Notes: generated from the sequence alone by a model not told the origin. A DNA stretch of 64,000 nucleotides from Candidatus Aenigmatarchaeota archaeon (GCA_043824495.1 JBDRSV010000005.1:64001-128000); one strand, 5' to 3'; positions 38,972-48,195 are shown, counted from the first letter of the stretch. Numbers and translations are program-made.

Positions 38972-39423
38972 CAGATACTATGTTTGCAAAGGTTGACATG
39001 GCCTCGTTTGCAATTAAAACAATAGAAGAAAATGTAGAGAAAATTGATATTGAGAGATACACAGTTCCAGGTTTCAAGGATTTGCCTGTTGCATGTAAAA
39101 TTTTGTTTGAGAAATATAATTGTGATATTGTTCTAGCATTTGGTTGGGTAGGTGGAGAACCTGTTGATGAAGTATGCGCCCATGAAGCTAACCAGGGAAT
39201 AATTCAGGTCCAACTAATAACAACAAAACATATTCTTAGTTGCTTTGTTCATACAAGTGAGTCAAGAGACGATGAGAAAAAGCTCTACGAGATAGCAAAG
39301 GATAGAGCAATTAAACACACAGAGAACGCAATAGCTCTACTTAAAGGAAAGACAGAACTCACGAAATATGCCGGTCATGGAAAGAGACAAGGATATGATG
39401 ACGAGGGTTCTATAGAAGGATAA
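38953..39423 (+). CDS. ribC: Archaeal riboflavin synthase
   Basis: IGLADTMFAKVDM, YTVPGFKDLPVACK, FVHTSE, GKRQG. Confidence 0.92.
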   Translation: MPKIGLADTMFAKVDMASFAIKTIEENVEKIDIERYTVPGFKDLPVACKILFEKYNCDIVLAFGWVGGEPVDEVCAHEANQGIIQVQLITTKHILSCFVHTSESRDDEKKLYEIAKDRAIKHTENAIALLKGKTELTKYAGHGKRQGYDDEGSIEG

Positions 39424-39426
39424 ATC

Positions 39427-40383
39427 ATGACACAAATACCCATAGAAAAAGAAGTAGAAGTAATAACAGAAGATGTCAAAAGTCCTACTATCAAAGACGA
39501 AGAAACAGACTATATGGTGCAGCTAAAAATAGCTCAAGCATATTATAAATTCAAAGGATATGAAGTCTTGTTAGGACATGATTTTGAAGAGAATTTAATT
39601 ACTTTTGTATCACCTGAAGATTCAACTGATAGAATGCTTCTTGATGAATATACAAAAATCAAGTTATGGAAAAAGAAGAAAACACCAGAGATTGTGGAGT
39701 ATTCACAGAGAATAATTGATGTTATAGGAGAAGAAAAAACAAAACAAATACTATTCATCTGTAGGTTATGCAGCTTCTTGGGAGGACCAGGATTCCCCGA
39801 AATCATTCTAATCAAAGACAATAAAATGGAACTGAGATTCATCAAAATAGATGATCTGTTAAAAGAGCAGAAATTCTTCAGTTTCTTTGTAAAGGACCTA
39901 CTTCAAGTATGTGATATCAAAGTTAGTGAAGTGATACCAAACACTCTAATAAGAGAAGAAAAGAAAGCTTCCTGTACAATAAAAGAGTTGCTAGAAGAAG
40001 GTAAATCAGGCGACAGAGCCGACATGTATCTCAAAGAATTAGACGAGCTTATAAAAAAAGAAGATAATGAAGATGAGAAAAAATACCTACAAGATCAGAG
40101 ATATAATATTCCATTTTTTATGTTTGTCAAATGGTCTAATGATGGAAAAGTTGATTCAAAAGATATAGAAGAGCATTTCAAAAAAATAAATGAAATTGCA
40201 GAAAATAAAAGAAAAGATTTCATAAGATTTCATTCAGAAATAATAAAGGACGAAGAGTATATGAATTTGGGACCGATGAGAGACAATAATACAATGAAAA
40301 AGAAAAAAGAGTATATTGAAAAGAAATTCAATCTAGGAGATACCAGAGCAAAGAATTTCTTGAAATTCATAACTTCGTTGTGA
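39427..40383 (+). CDS. Hypothetical protein
   Basis: Long host-like ORF coupled to both neighbours; GPGFPEII is weakly nuclease-like. Confidence 0.6.
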   Translation: MTQIPIEKEVEVITEDVKSPTIKDEETDYMVQLKIAQAYYKFKGYEVLLGHDFEENLITFVSPEDSTDRMLLDEYTKIKLWKKKKTPEIVEYSQRIIDVIGEEKTKQILFICRLCSFLGGPGFPEIILIKDNKMELRFIKIDDLLKEQKFFSFFVKDLLQVCDIKVSEVIPNTLIREEKKASCTIKELLEEGKSGDRADMYLKELDELIKKEDNEDEKKYLQDQRYNIPFFMFVKWSNDGKVDSKDIEEHFKKINEIAENKRKDFIRFHSEIIKDEEYMNLGPMRDNNTMKKKKEYIEKKFNLGDTRAKNFLKFITSL

Positions 40384-41096
40384 TGTATATGATACCTATT
40401 ATTACTAAAGAACAGATGACAAAAATTGATGAATTGGCTGTGAAACATTTCGGCATAGAAATAATGCAGATGATGGAAATTGCTGGAAAAAACACAGCTG
40501 AAATGGCTAGAAAGATGCTCAAGAGAGTAAAAGGAAAAGAAATTGTTTGTCTTGCGGGAAAAGGAAATAATGGTGGAGATGCTTTAGTAGCTGCTAAATA
40601 CTTAACCAATTGGGGTGCAAAAGTAACTGTGATAAATGTGAATCATCCAGATGAGATGAATCAATTAACCAAAGAACAAAATGGAATTCTAAGATCAATG
40701 CATGTCAGCTTGCTTTACACAACAAATGTTATGGCTTTTGAGAAAATATTCAAAACAACTGATCTAATCATAGACGGCTTGTTAGGTTACAGTGTGAATG
40801 GAAATCCAAGAGGATTCTACGGAAAAGTAATAGAAATGGCTAATCATGTAAACAAGAAAATTTTGTCCATAGACATTCCTTCTGGTTTAGATCCAAACAC
40901 GGGAGAAGCTTATGAACCTTGTATAAAAGCTAGCGTCACGCTATGCCTCACACTGCCTAAGAAAGGTTGTGTGGAAAACAAGAAATTTGCAGGCGATATC
41001 TACGTAGCTGACATGGGAATACCGAATGAAGTTTATGAACTCATGGGATTACATGTGGGTCCAATATTCCAAGAAAAGGATATAATTAAACTGTAG
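40380..41096 (+). CDS. nnrE: NAD(P)H-hydrate epimerase
   Basis: AGKGNNGGDALV, IIDGLLG, SIDIPSGLD, VADMGIP. Confidence 0.93.
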   Translation: MMYMIPIITKEQMTKIDELAVKHFGIEIMQMMEIAGKNTAEMARKMLKRVKGKEIVCLAGKGNNGGDALVAAKYLTNWGAKVTVINVNHPDEMNQLTKEQNGILRSMHVSLLYTTNVMAFEKIFKTTDLIIDGLLGYSVNGNPRGFYGKVIEMANHVNKKILSIDIPSGLDPNTGEAYEPCIKASVTLCLTLPKKGCVENKKFAGDIYVADMGIPNEVYELMGLHVGPIFQEKDIIKL

Positions 41097-41728
41097 AAAA
41101 ATCTGGTATTAAATCCCCTGAAGATTCGACTCCATAATTTTTTTTTAATATTTTTCTCATTTTTTTTCCGTGCTTCACTTAAGTGAGCTCTGTAAGTACT
41201 TGGATGAAGTTCCATTATTTTAGCAGCTGTGTACCCATCATGACCCTCTACGTAAGAAAGTATAACTGTCGTCCTTTGCAATGTTGTCAATTGATCTAAT
41301 GCCTGATCAAGAATACTCCCAGCTCTCGATATTGCATGAATTAATTCAGGATTGCCACTGAAATCCGCCACGTCAATTAATACTTCTTCTCCGTTACTAC
41401 ATCTTATATAAGGATCATTTCCTATTGTTCTTCTTGTTACCGAATTGTTCTTTCTTAGCTGGTCTATGGCTGGGTTAACTACTACTCTATGAAACCAGCC
41501 CGAAAAACTTCTAGAGGGATCATATCCACCAGATATAGCAGCATCATAAAGATGAGTTAAACCATTTGCAACAGCGTCTTCTATATCAAAAGATACGAGA
41601 CCAATTCTACTTCCAATACCTGCCATGTATGGTCTAACAGATCTCTCAAAATCTAACCAATCTGAGTTAATCCCTGTGCTAGCAAATGTTAAGTATAATT
41701 CTCTTTGGTGTTTAAGGTCTGTAGCCAT
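41033..41728 (-). CDS. ECF-type sigma-70 factor B; 3' end probably shifted at a homopolymer
   Basis: DIEDAVANGLTHLY, SFSGWFHRVVVNPAIDQLRK, ALDQLTTLQRTTVILSYVEG...AAKIMELHPSTYRAHLSEARKK. Confidence 0.85.
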   Translation of the reverse strand: MATDLKHQRELYLTFASTGINSDWLDFERSVRPYMAGIGSRIGLVSFDIEDAVANGLTHLYDAAISGGYDPSRSFSGWFHRVVVNPAIDQLRKNNSVTRRTIGNDPYIRCSNGEEVLIDVADFSGNPELIHAISRAGSILDQALDQLTTLQRTTVILSYVEGHDGYTAAKIMELHPSTYRAHLSEARKKNEKNIKKKLWSRIFRGFNTRFFYSLIISFSWNIGPTCNPMSS

Positions 41729-41749
41729 AGTGGTCTTTTACGTTAATAG

Positions 41750-41757
41750 TATTTAAA
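41750..41757 (-). promoter_or_regulatory. Archaeal TATA box TTTAAATA for ECF gene B
   Basis: Lies 22-29 nt upstream of ATG 41728, like other host genes such as 10447. Confidence 0.55.
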
Positions 41758-41822
41758 TGACTACTAAAAGATCACATAAACAAACAAAAATAGCATAGGT
41801 CCTTCAAGCTTATTGCCTGTGT

Positions 41823-42458
41823 TTAAATCCATGTCTTCCTCTGAACAAAATCTGCACGGGATCGCATTTCTGTTTCATATTTCTTAAGACCTCTTTTCAT
41901 TAGTTCTCTAGCTCTAAATATTCTAGCCTTTACTGTTCCAATTGGATCACCAAGTATATCTGCTATATCTTCATAAGAAAACCCTTCAACATCACGTAAT
42001 ACAGTTACTCGTTTGTGAGTGGGTTTCATACTAGCGATAGTTGTTTCTAACTCGTATCTTAATTTAGATCTTAAGAAATCTGCTCCAGGGTCATTTGAAG
42101 TATCCGGTATCTGAAAACCCACATTTCCATCTGCTGTTGGAATTGGTTTGTCTATTTGGAAAGCATGATCTTCTATTCTCTTTTTTCTTAAATAATCTAT
42201 AGCTATATTTGATGCTACTTTGTACATCCATGTACCGAAACTGGTTGTATTACCATCATCAAGCTCGGCTTTATAATCTGATTCTCTTCCAGTGACTCTC
42301 CACGCTCTCATGTATACGTCTTGAACAAGCTCTTCTACTACGCTTGGATTTCTAATAACCTTGAAAATGGAACGATAAATTTTTTGCCTGCCCTTCCTAC
42401 CAAAATCTATTAAAAGTTGTTCTTTTCCTTCAGGAGTACCGTCGTAATCTATATCCAT
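41823..42458 (-). CDS. ECF-type sigma-70 factor A (RpoE/SigW-like)
   Basis: VVEELVQDVYMRAW, SFGTWMYKVASNIAIDYLRK, LRDVEGFSYEDIADILGDPIGTVKARIFRARELM. Confidence 0.95.
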   Translation of the reverse strand: MDIDYDGTPEGKEQLLIDFGRKGRQKIYRSIFKVIRNPSVVEELVQDVYMRAWRVTGRESDYKAELDDGNTTSFGTWMYKVASNIAIDYLRKKRIEDHAFQIDKPIPTADGNVGFQIPDTSNDPGADFLRSKLRYELETTIASMKPTHKRVTVLRDVEGFSYEDIADILGDPIGTVKARIFRARELMKRGLKKYETEMRSRADFVQRKTWI

Positions 42459-42478
42459 GCAACGTACTTACTACTAAG

Positions 42479-42487
42479 AATTAAATA
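42479..42487 (-). promoter_or_regulatory. TATA-like element TATTTAATT for ECF gene A
   Basis: Lies 21-29 nt upstream of ATG 42458. Confidence 0.45.
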
Positions 42488-42492
42488 CTTCT

Positions 42493-42804
42493 CTACATAA
42501 ACAAACAAGCGTAGTCTAGGTCTTTTAGTGCGTCCATTAGATTCATTGGATCAGCTGGACCATATGCACTGCTTTCTCCGTGGAATTTGAGTGTCTTCTC
42601 CTCTTTGTTGACTGTACAGTAGCCTCCACTTACTTGGAGATCGCCTTTGCTAAGTTTAGATTTCTCAATGAATTTATCCAGAATATCATTATGATATCCG
42701 TCCTTAGAACCAAATCTTACGTATAGCTGTCCTTCTACATATACCAAAATAAATTTATATTCACCGTTTTCTTCAGGGAGAATTACTTTATCCATCTTCT
42801 TCAA
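42493..42804 (-). CDS. PHPT1/Janus/Ocnus-like phosphohistidine phosphatase homologue
   Basis: GEYKFILVYV, YVRFG...YHNDILDK, SGGY, LKFHGESSAYGPAD parallel PHPT1 GVFKYVLIRV, IVRG...YHADIYDK, GGGR, IHVYGYSMAYGPA. Confidence 0.7.
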   Translation of the reverse strand: MKKMDKVILPEENGEYKFILVYVEGQLYVRFGSKDGYHNDILDKFIEKSKLSKGDLQVSGGYCTVNKEEKTLKFHGESSAYGPADPMNLMDALKDLDYACLFM

Positions 42805-43111
42805 CTAATTCAAATCCTCTATAATCAACAGAAGCTACTATGGGATAGTCTGACATGGTGTCTATTATCTGACTACTGGTATTGTCTACGTCATCTCTGA
42901 AAGATCTACGATTGATAGTGACATTATAACTGTGTAATGAAGCTGGTGCCCGCATCAAAGTAAAGCCTACTCTTTCATTCCCGTAGTTTTCAGTAAGAGC
43001 TTTTCTCAGTGGTATTCTTGCACCAAGAGGAACTACTACAATGTCTGGATTAATAATTATCTTTAATCTGAATTTGTATAAGTTACTTTCTGGTCCACCT
43101 GTATCTCCCAT
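42788..43111 (-). CDS. Hypothetical protein
   Basis: 107-aa ORF with GGTGAT Shine-Dalgarno; overlaps the next gene. Confidence 0.6.
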   Translation of the reverse strand: MGDTGGPESNLYKFRLKIIINPDIVVVPLGARIPLRKALTENYGNERVGFTLMRAPASLHSYNVTINRRSFRDDVDNTSSQIIDTMSDYPIVASVDYRGFELVEEDG

Positions 43112-43200
43112 AATATCACCTTGTATAGTCTTGATTGAAAAATATAAATATCTCTAGTCAGTTAAAAAATGAGAAAAAGGATAAAGGGGTGAAGACCCGT

Positions 43201-44469
43201 CTAAGCCTTCACCAAATCTATGATTATTCCAGCTGCTACTGTCTTACCCATGTCTCTTATAGCAAACTTTGCTAATTGTGGGAAGTCAGCCTGCTTTTCA
43301 ACTGATACTGGTTGTGTTGGAACAACTCTGATAACAGCTGCGTCACCAGATCTCAATGTGTCTGGATTCTCTGCGATTGTTTCTCCAGTTTTAGGGTCTA
43401 TTTTCTTTATAATTTCTACGATTTTACATGCAACATGTGCTGTATGCATGTGGAATACAGGTGTGTATCCTTTTGTGACCACAGTTGGGTGCTCCAAGAC
43501 AATTATTTGTCCTGTGAATTCTTTTGCGATTGTTGGAGGGTTTGTTGTATGTCCTACTACGTCACCCTTCTTGATGTCTTTCTTTCCTGCACCTCTGACA
43601 TTGAATCCGATGTTATCACCAGGTCCTGCTTTAGCAAGCTGCTTGTGATGCATTTCAATTGATTTAATTTCAGCTAGCGTTCCGCTTGGGTTAAATATAA
43701 CCTTATCTCCTGGTTTCATCACTCCTGTCTCAATTCTACCTACTGGAACTGCACCAACACCTGTGATGTTGTACACATCCTGAATAGGCATTCTTAGTGG
43801 CTTATCTACTGGTTTTTCTGGAGCCACGATTGTTGCGTCAAGAGTTGCTACTAAAGTATCACCTTTGTACCAAGCCATCTTGTCAGATTTTTTGACTACG
43901 TTGTCTCCTATCCATGCTGAAACTGGCACGAAAGGAATCTTGCTTACGTCATAACCGACACTTTGTAGAAGCTTTGTTACTTCTTCTTTTACTTTGTTGA
44001 ATTTAGCTTCTTCGTATCCTATAGCATCCATCTTGTTAATAGCAACTACGATTTGCTTAATTCCAAGAACCTTTGATAGGTATACGTGTTCTTTTGTTTG
44101 CTCTTGAATGCTGTCTTTTACAGATACAATCAAGATAGCCGCATCTGCTTGTGATGCGCCAGTAATCATATTCTTAATAAAGTCCTTGTGACCAGGCACA
44201 TCGATAATTGTATAATAATTCTTGTTTGTTTCGAATCCCTTATACATAAGATCTATTGTAAGACCTCTTTCTCTTTCTTCCTTTAGATTATCCATCACGA
44301 AAGCGAATTCGAATGTCTCTTTTTTCAATTCTTTTGCCTTTTCTTTTAATTTTCTTAATTCTTGTTCTGTGAGTACTCCAGAATCAAAGAACAATCTACC
44401 AATAAGTGTAGATTTTCCGTGGTCTACGTGACCTGAAGTTATCAAGTTTATATGTGGTTTTTCAGCCAT
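43201..44469 (-). CDS. tuf: Archaeal translation elongation factor EF-1alpha
   Basis: [65 protein letters not shown]. Confidence 0.99.
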   Translation of the reverse strand: MAEKPHINLITSGHVDHGKSTLIGRLFFDSGVLTEQELRKLKEKAKELKKETFEFAFVMDNLKEERERGLTIDLMYKGFETNKNYYTIIDVPGHKDFIKNMITGASQADAAILIVSVKDSIQEQTKEHVYLSKVLGIKQIVVAINKMDAIGYEEAKFNKVKEEVTKLLQSVGYDVSKIPFVPVSAWIGDNVVKKSDKMAWYKGDTLVATLDATIVAPEKPVDKPLRMPIQDVYNITGVGAVPVGRIETGVMKPGDKVIFNPSGTLAEIKSIEMHHKQLAKAGPGDNIGFNVRGAGKKDIKKGDVVGHTTNPPTIAKEFTGQIIVLEHPTVVTKGYTPVFHMHTAHVACKIVEIIKKIDPKTGETIAENPDTLRSGDAAVIRVVPTQPVSVEKQADFPQLAKFAIRDMGKTVAAGIIIDLVKA

Positions 44470-44618
44470 ATCCTAATCCTCCGAGTTTTATCATCTTAAA
44501 TGAGCATGAGCTCAAGATGTTTATCTATGTAATTATTGATTTAAATACTTTACACTGTGTATTATGCTATATAACCAGTCTTTATAAAGGTTATGTATGT
44601 CTCTATCAATCGGTTTTA

Positions 44619-45602
44619 TCATTTATCAAGCTCTTTTTTGAACTGTTCTACAATTTCAACTTCTGTTGGGTCTATACCGTATTCAAGAGCTAAATAATAA
44701 GAAACCCATGCTCCTAAGTTTAATCCCCATAGGAGTCTTTCGAGTAAATTATCACCTTCCAATTTGATATCAGTCACTCCAACGTTCTTTGATTCAACCA
44801 CTTTCTTGAAGATGTCAAACCTCTTTTTGTTTCTTGGGTGATCTTCAGAATCTCTGATAAGAATAACATGATAATTTCCAATTAAGTTTACGTAGCTGTT
44901 TATCTCATTATGATTTGATTCAGGGAATACATTATAGAAAGCTGATGTTTTAGAATTCTCGTTTATATCTATTTTCCATTTCTCAGCTACGCAGAATATT
45001 TCTTCAGATGAGTAAATGAGAGGTGTTTTATCTTTTAGTTCATTTGATATTTCTTTAGCTCTCTCTCTTATTTTTTTATTTTTTAGTTTCTCTGCTACTT
45101 TCTTGAGATTAGAATCCTGATTTTCAATCATATTTAGTTTACTTATGATTTTGAGTAATGGGACAAACAAATATGGTGTGGACATTCTTGGTGGTAATCC
45201 AGAAGGTACTTTGATGTGAAATGTGTTATTCTCTTTTGCTAATTCCTCTAACTTTCCACCACATGAGATAGTGACTATTTTTGCGTGTCTCTTAAGACCC
45301 TCTTTATAAGAATCAATGGCTTCTTCAGTATTTCCTGAATAAGATATTGAGAATAATAAAGTGCTTTCGTTTACTATTCTAGGTAGAGTGTACTTCTTAT
45401 TTACAAATACTTGGGTTTCTGAATCTCCCATAAAAGATTTAAGTAAATCTCCTGGGAAAGCACTACCACCCATACCAGAAATAACTACATTGTTTACATT
45501 TCCTATAATCTCAATCTCGTTTCCAAGATTCATAGCGTCTTTTATCATATCTGGAACTCTATCTAAAAGTAGTCCCATATTTGATTTATCTACTTCATTC
45601 AT
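44619..45602 (-). CDS. Bifunctional phosphoglucose/phosphomannose isomerase (SIS type)
   Basis: GMGGSAFPGD, SYSGNTEE, PPRMS, ENSK, PESNHNEI. Confidence 0.93.
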   Translation of the reverse strand: MNEVDKSNMGLLLDRVPDMIKDAMNLGNEIEIIGNVNNVVISGMGGSAFPGDLLKSFMGDSETQVFVNKKYTLPRIVNESTLLFSISYSGNTEEAIDSYKEGLKRHAKIVTISCGGKLEELAKENNTFHIKVPSGLPPRMSTPYLFVPLLKIISKLNMIENQDSNLKKVAEKLKNKKIRERAKEISNELKDKTPLIYSSEEIFCVAEKWKIDINENSKTSAFYNVFPESNHNEINSYVNLIGNYHVILIRDSEDHPRNKKRFDIFKKVVESKNVGVTDIKLEGDNLLERLLWGLNLGAWVSYYLALEYGIDPTEVEIVEQFKKELDK

Positions 45603-45617
45603 TAAGTCACCAAGTAA

Positions 45618-46331
45618 TTATTGTCCAAGTCTTCTTTCTCTTTTACTATAATTATTTATTGCTTGGAAAAATTGTTTCTTTGTTAAATCAGGCCATAGAG
45701 TGTCTATAAATGCAAATTCTGAATAAGCAGTTTGCCATAACAAAAATCCACTTAGCCTCTGTTCACTTGTTCTTATGATTAAATCAGGATCAGCATAACC
45801 ATTTGTGTACAAATTTCTCTTTATTACAGATTCATTTATTTCACTTGCTTTCAATTTGCCTTTCTCAACTTCTTTGGCAATATTTCTGCATGCATCTAGA
45901 ATTTCTTGTCTGCCACCATAAGCAACAGCCACATTGATTACATAATCAGGATAATTTTCTGTTTGTTTCATCAAAGTCTTCATTTCTTTTTGCAAGTCTT
46001 TTGGTAATACTTCTAGCTTACCAAAGAATGTCATTTTGACTTTGTCTTTGTGTATGAAATGGTTTTTATTTTTTATTGCGTCCTTTATCTCTTTTCTGGC
46101 TAAACTTAGTAAATAATTAACTTCTCTTTTTGGCCTCTTATCAAAATTCTCAATAGAAAGAGCATATACAGTCATGATTTTGATATCTAATTCTTTGCAC
46201 CAATTGAAAACTTTTTTGATTTGTTCCAATCCCCACTCGTGTCCTTTCCATGGTCTTTTGAGTAATCTTTTCGCAAATCTTCTATTTCCATCTGGTATAA
46301 GTGCAACGTGTTGAGGGACATTCTTATTAAT
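45618..46331 (-). CDS. uppS: cis-prenyltransferase (UppS family); apparent non-canonical ATT start at 46331
   Basis: PQHVALIPDGNRR lies upstream of the track's TTG start; YALSIENF, AYGGRQEI, DPDLIIRT, RLSGFLLWQ. Confidence 0.9.
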   Translation of the reverse strand: MNKNVPQHVALIPDGNRRFAKRLLKRPWKGHEWGLEQIKKVFNWCKELDIKIMTVYALSIENFDKRPKREVNYLLSLARKEIKDAIKNKNHFIHKDKVKMTFFGKLEVLPKDLQKEMKTLMKQTENYPDYVINVAVAYGGRQEILDACRNIAKEVEKGKLKASEINESVIKRNLYTNGYADPDLIIRTSEQRLSGFLLWQTAYSEFAFIDTLWPDLTKKQFFQAINNYSKRERRLGQ

Positions 46332-46444
46332 AAGATCACCTACTCTAGGATTGCTTGAGATGTTTAAAAACCTTTACCCAAATCCTTCTTTATCTTGTGT
46401 CGTTCCTTATAAAATATTTATCGATCTGAGACGTATTATTAAAC

Positions 46445-47281
46445 ATGTTTAGAGCTTATGGCATCATAGGTTTATTAATGCTAGCTTTTGCTCAATTAAA
46501 TTTCATATTCCAAATACATCCATATGCTCAATGGTATTTTCCAATAATATGGTTTGGTTATATTTTGTTTGTAGATGCTTTAGTTTACAGAATGTATGGA
46601 AAATCTTTGATTTACAATAGACCTAAAATGTTTATTGTTCTCCTCATATTGTCTGCTGTAATTTGGTGGATGTTTGAAGGAATTGGATTTATACTACAGA
46701 ACTGGTATTACACTGGACTTGAAGGATTCGGAACAAGATTTGAGAAATTTTTATTTGGAACGCTGTCTTTTTCAACTGTGATACCTGCTGTTTTCGAGAC
46801 TTATCACTTGCTCAGATCAGTTCATTTATTTGATCATACTCATCTAAAGAAAAAACATAAAATATCAAAAACTTTGTTACATACTTTGACAGTACTAGGA
46901 ATACTCTTCCTAATATTGCCTTTAGCTGCTCCAATGTATTTCTATCCAATTATATGGATTGCATTCTTTTTCCTACTTGATCCATTCAATTACCTACATG
47001 GGAGACCAAGTATAATTGGTCATCTAAAGGATAGGAATTTGGTTATTCCAGTTTCTCTTTTCGTAGCAGGAGTTATTTGTGGTTTCTTATGGGAATTCTG
47101 GAATTTCTGGGCAATTCCTCAGTGGCATTATAATATTCCATTTGTAGATTTCTTCAGAATATTTGAAATGCCCGCTCTAGGTTATCTTGGTTATGGGCCT
47201 TTCGCATGGGAATTATTTGCAATGTATCATTTCATAATTGGTTTGAAAAAACACAAGAAAGGATTCAAATTAATGAAATAA
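46445..47281 (+). CDS. Conserved multi-pass membrane protein of unknown function
   Basis: About 8 TM segments; GFLWEFWN, FEMPALGYLGYGPFAWE. Confidence 0.8.
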   Translation: MFRAYGIIGLLMLAFAQLNFIFQIHPYAQWYFPIIWFGYILFVDALVYRMYGKSLIYNRPKMFIVLLILSAVIWWMFEGIGFILQNWYYTGLEGFGTRFEKFLFGTLSFSTVIPAVFETYHLLRSVHLFDHTHLKKKHKISKTLLHTLTVLGILFLILPLAAPMYFYPIIWIAFFFLLDPFNYLHGRPSIIGHLKDRNLVIPVSLFVAGVICGFLWEFWNFWAIPQWHYNIPFVDFFRIFEMPALGYLGYGPFAWELFAMYHFIIGLKKHKKGFKLMK

Positions 47282-47365
47282 TGCGGGAGGCAGGATTCGA
47301 ACCTGCGAAGGCACTAAGCCACACGGTCCTTAGCCGTGCTCCTTTGACCGCTCGGAAACTCCCGC
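47282..47365 (-). tRNA. tRNA-Leu, anticodon AAG
   Basis: GCGGGAG/CTCCCGC acceptor, A73, long variable arm, GCAGG-TTCGAAT-CCTGC T arm; anticodon arm CACGG-CTAAGGA-CCGTG. Confidence 0.93.
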
Positions 47366-47639
47366 TTTGATGTGAATTATTTCTCAATAGAATATATTAA
47401 TGCAATTACAGTGATAACCATTTTAAACTTTTCTGTTACTATTTAATCATAACAGTTTATGTTCTACCAATTCACAAAAAACATTCGCGGATCATATCAA
47501 AAGATTTGAATCCACATCATTCCTCATGGACACTTGCAACATCTTTAGCATGATTTCGTGCTCAAAGATTTGGTTAGTGGTATTTCTATTTCTTGAAAAG
47601 ATTCGTGACTAATTTTCAGAAGAGACGTGTGTCTTTCTG

Positions 47640-48107
47640 ATGTCTTTTGTGTCTAGAGATGAATCACACTTGGGGGGTCCCATGAATTTTGAAGACGTGA
47701 ATTTCGTGAGCAAGATTGGATTCGTATGTCTGCTCGTGGCGCTTGTTCAGGTTACGATGCTGAATCCGAATCATGTAGAAGCTTTGAGCTTCTTGATTAT
47801 AGGAGTAATTCTTCTCCTATCGATGTTACCTTGGCACATCAAGAACGGCTTCTTACATGCCGTGTTCTTCTGGGCATCTGAAATCAATTTCAGGAATGTC
47901 GCGGTGGTTCTCCTAGTTCTTGGAGGATCCATGTTAGGGATGGGATTCCTGCCGTCACCGAATCTCCCACCAGGCACTACTGAATGGCAAGCAACTGTGT
48001 TCAGAAATGTTGGTGGTGCGCTTGTGATAGTGCTTGGTGTCATTCCCGCAATCCTGCTGGGAGTTGTTCGAGGAATCGATCGAATGTGCGGCGTCAAATC
48101 TGAGTGA
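47640..48107 (+). CDS. Four-TM membrane protein (GC-elevated block)
   Basis: Hydrophobic segments in two similar halves. Confidence 0.6.
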   Translation: MSFVSRDESHLGGPMNFEDVNFVSKIGFVCLLVALVQVTMLNPNHVEALSFLIIGVILLLSMLPWHIKNGFLHAVFFWASEINFRNVAVVLLVLGGSMLGMGFLPSPNLPPGTTEWQATVFRNVGGALVIVLGVIPAILLGVVRGIDRMCGVKSE

Positions 48108-48122
48108 TGATTAGAGACTTAT

Positions 48123-48195
48123 GGCGCCGTGGCTGAGTGGTTAAGGCACATGGTTCGGGACCATGTTTTCAGGGGTTCGAATCCCTTCGGCGCCA
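48123..48195 (+). tRNA. tRNA with anticodon CGG (Pro), atypical body
   Basis: GGCGCCG/CGGCGCC acceptor, CATGG-TTCGGGA-CCATG, AGGGG-TTCGAAT-CCCTT. Confidence 0.85.

Noticed and set aside
39427-40383. PD-(D/E)xK / VRR-NUC nuclease
   Set aside because: GFPEII lacks the catalytic Asp and no ExK follows; left as hypothetical.
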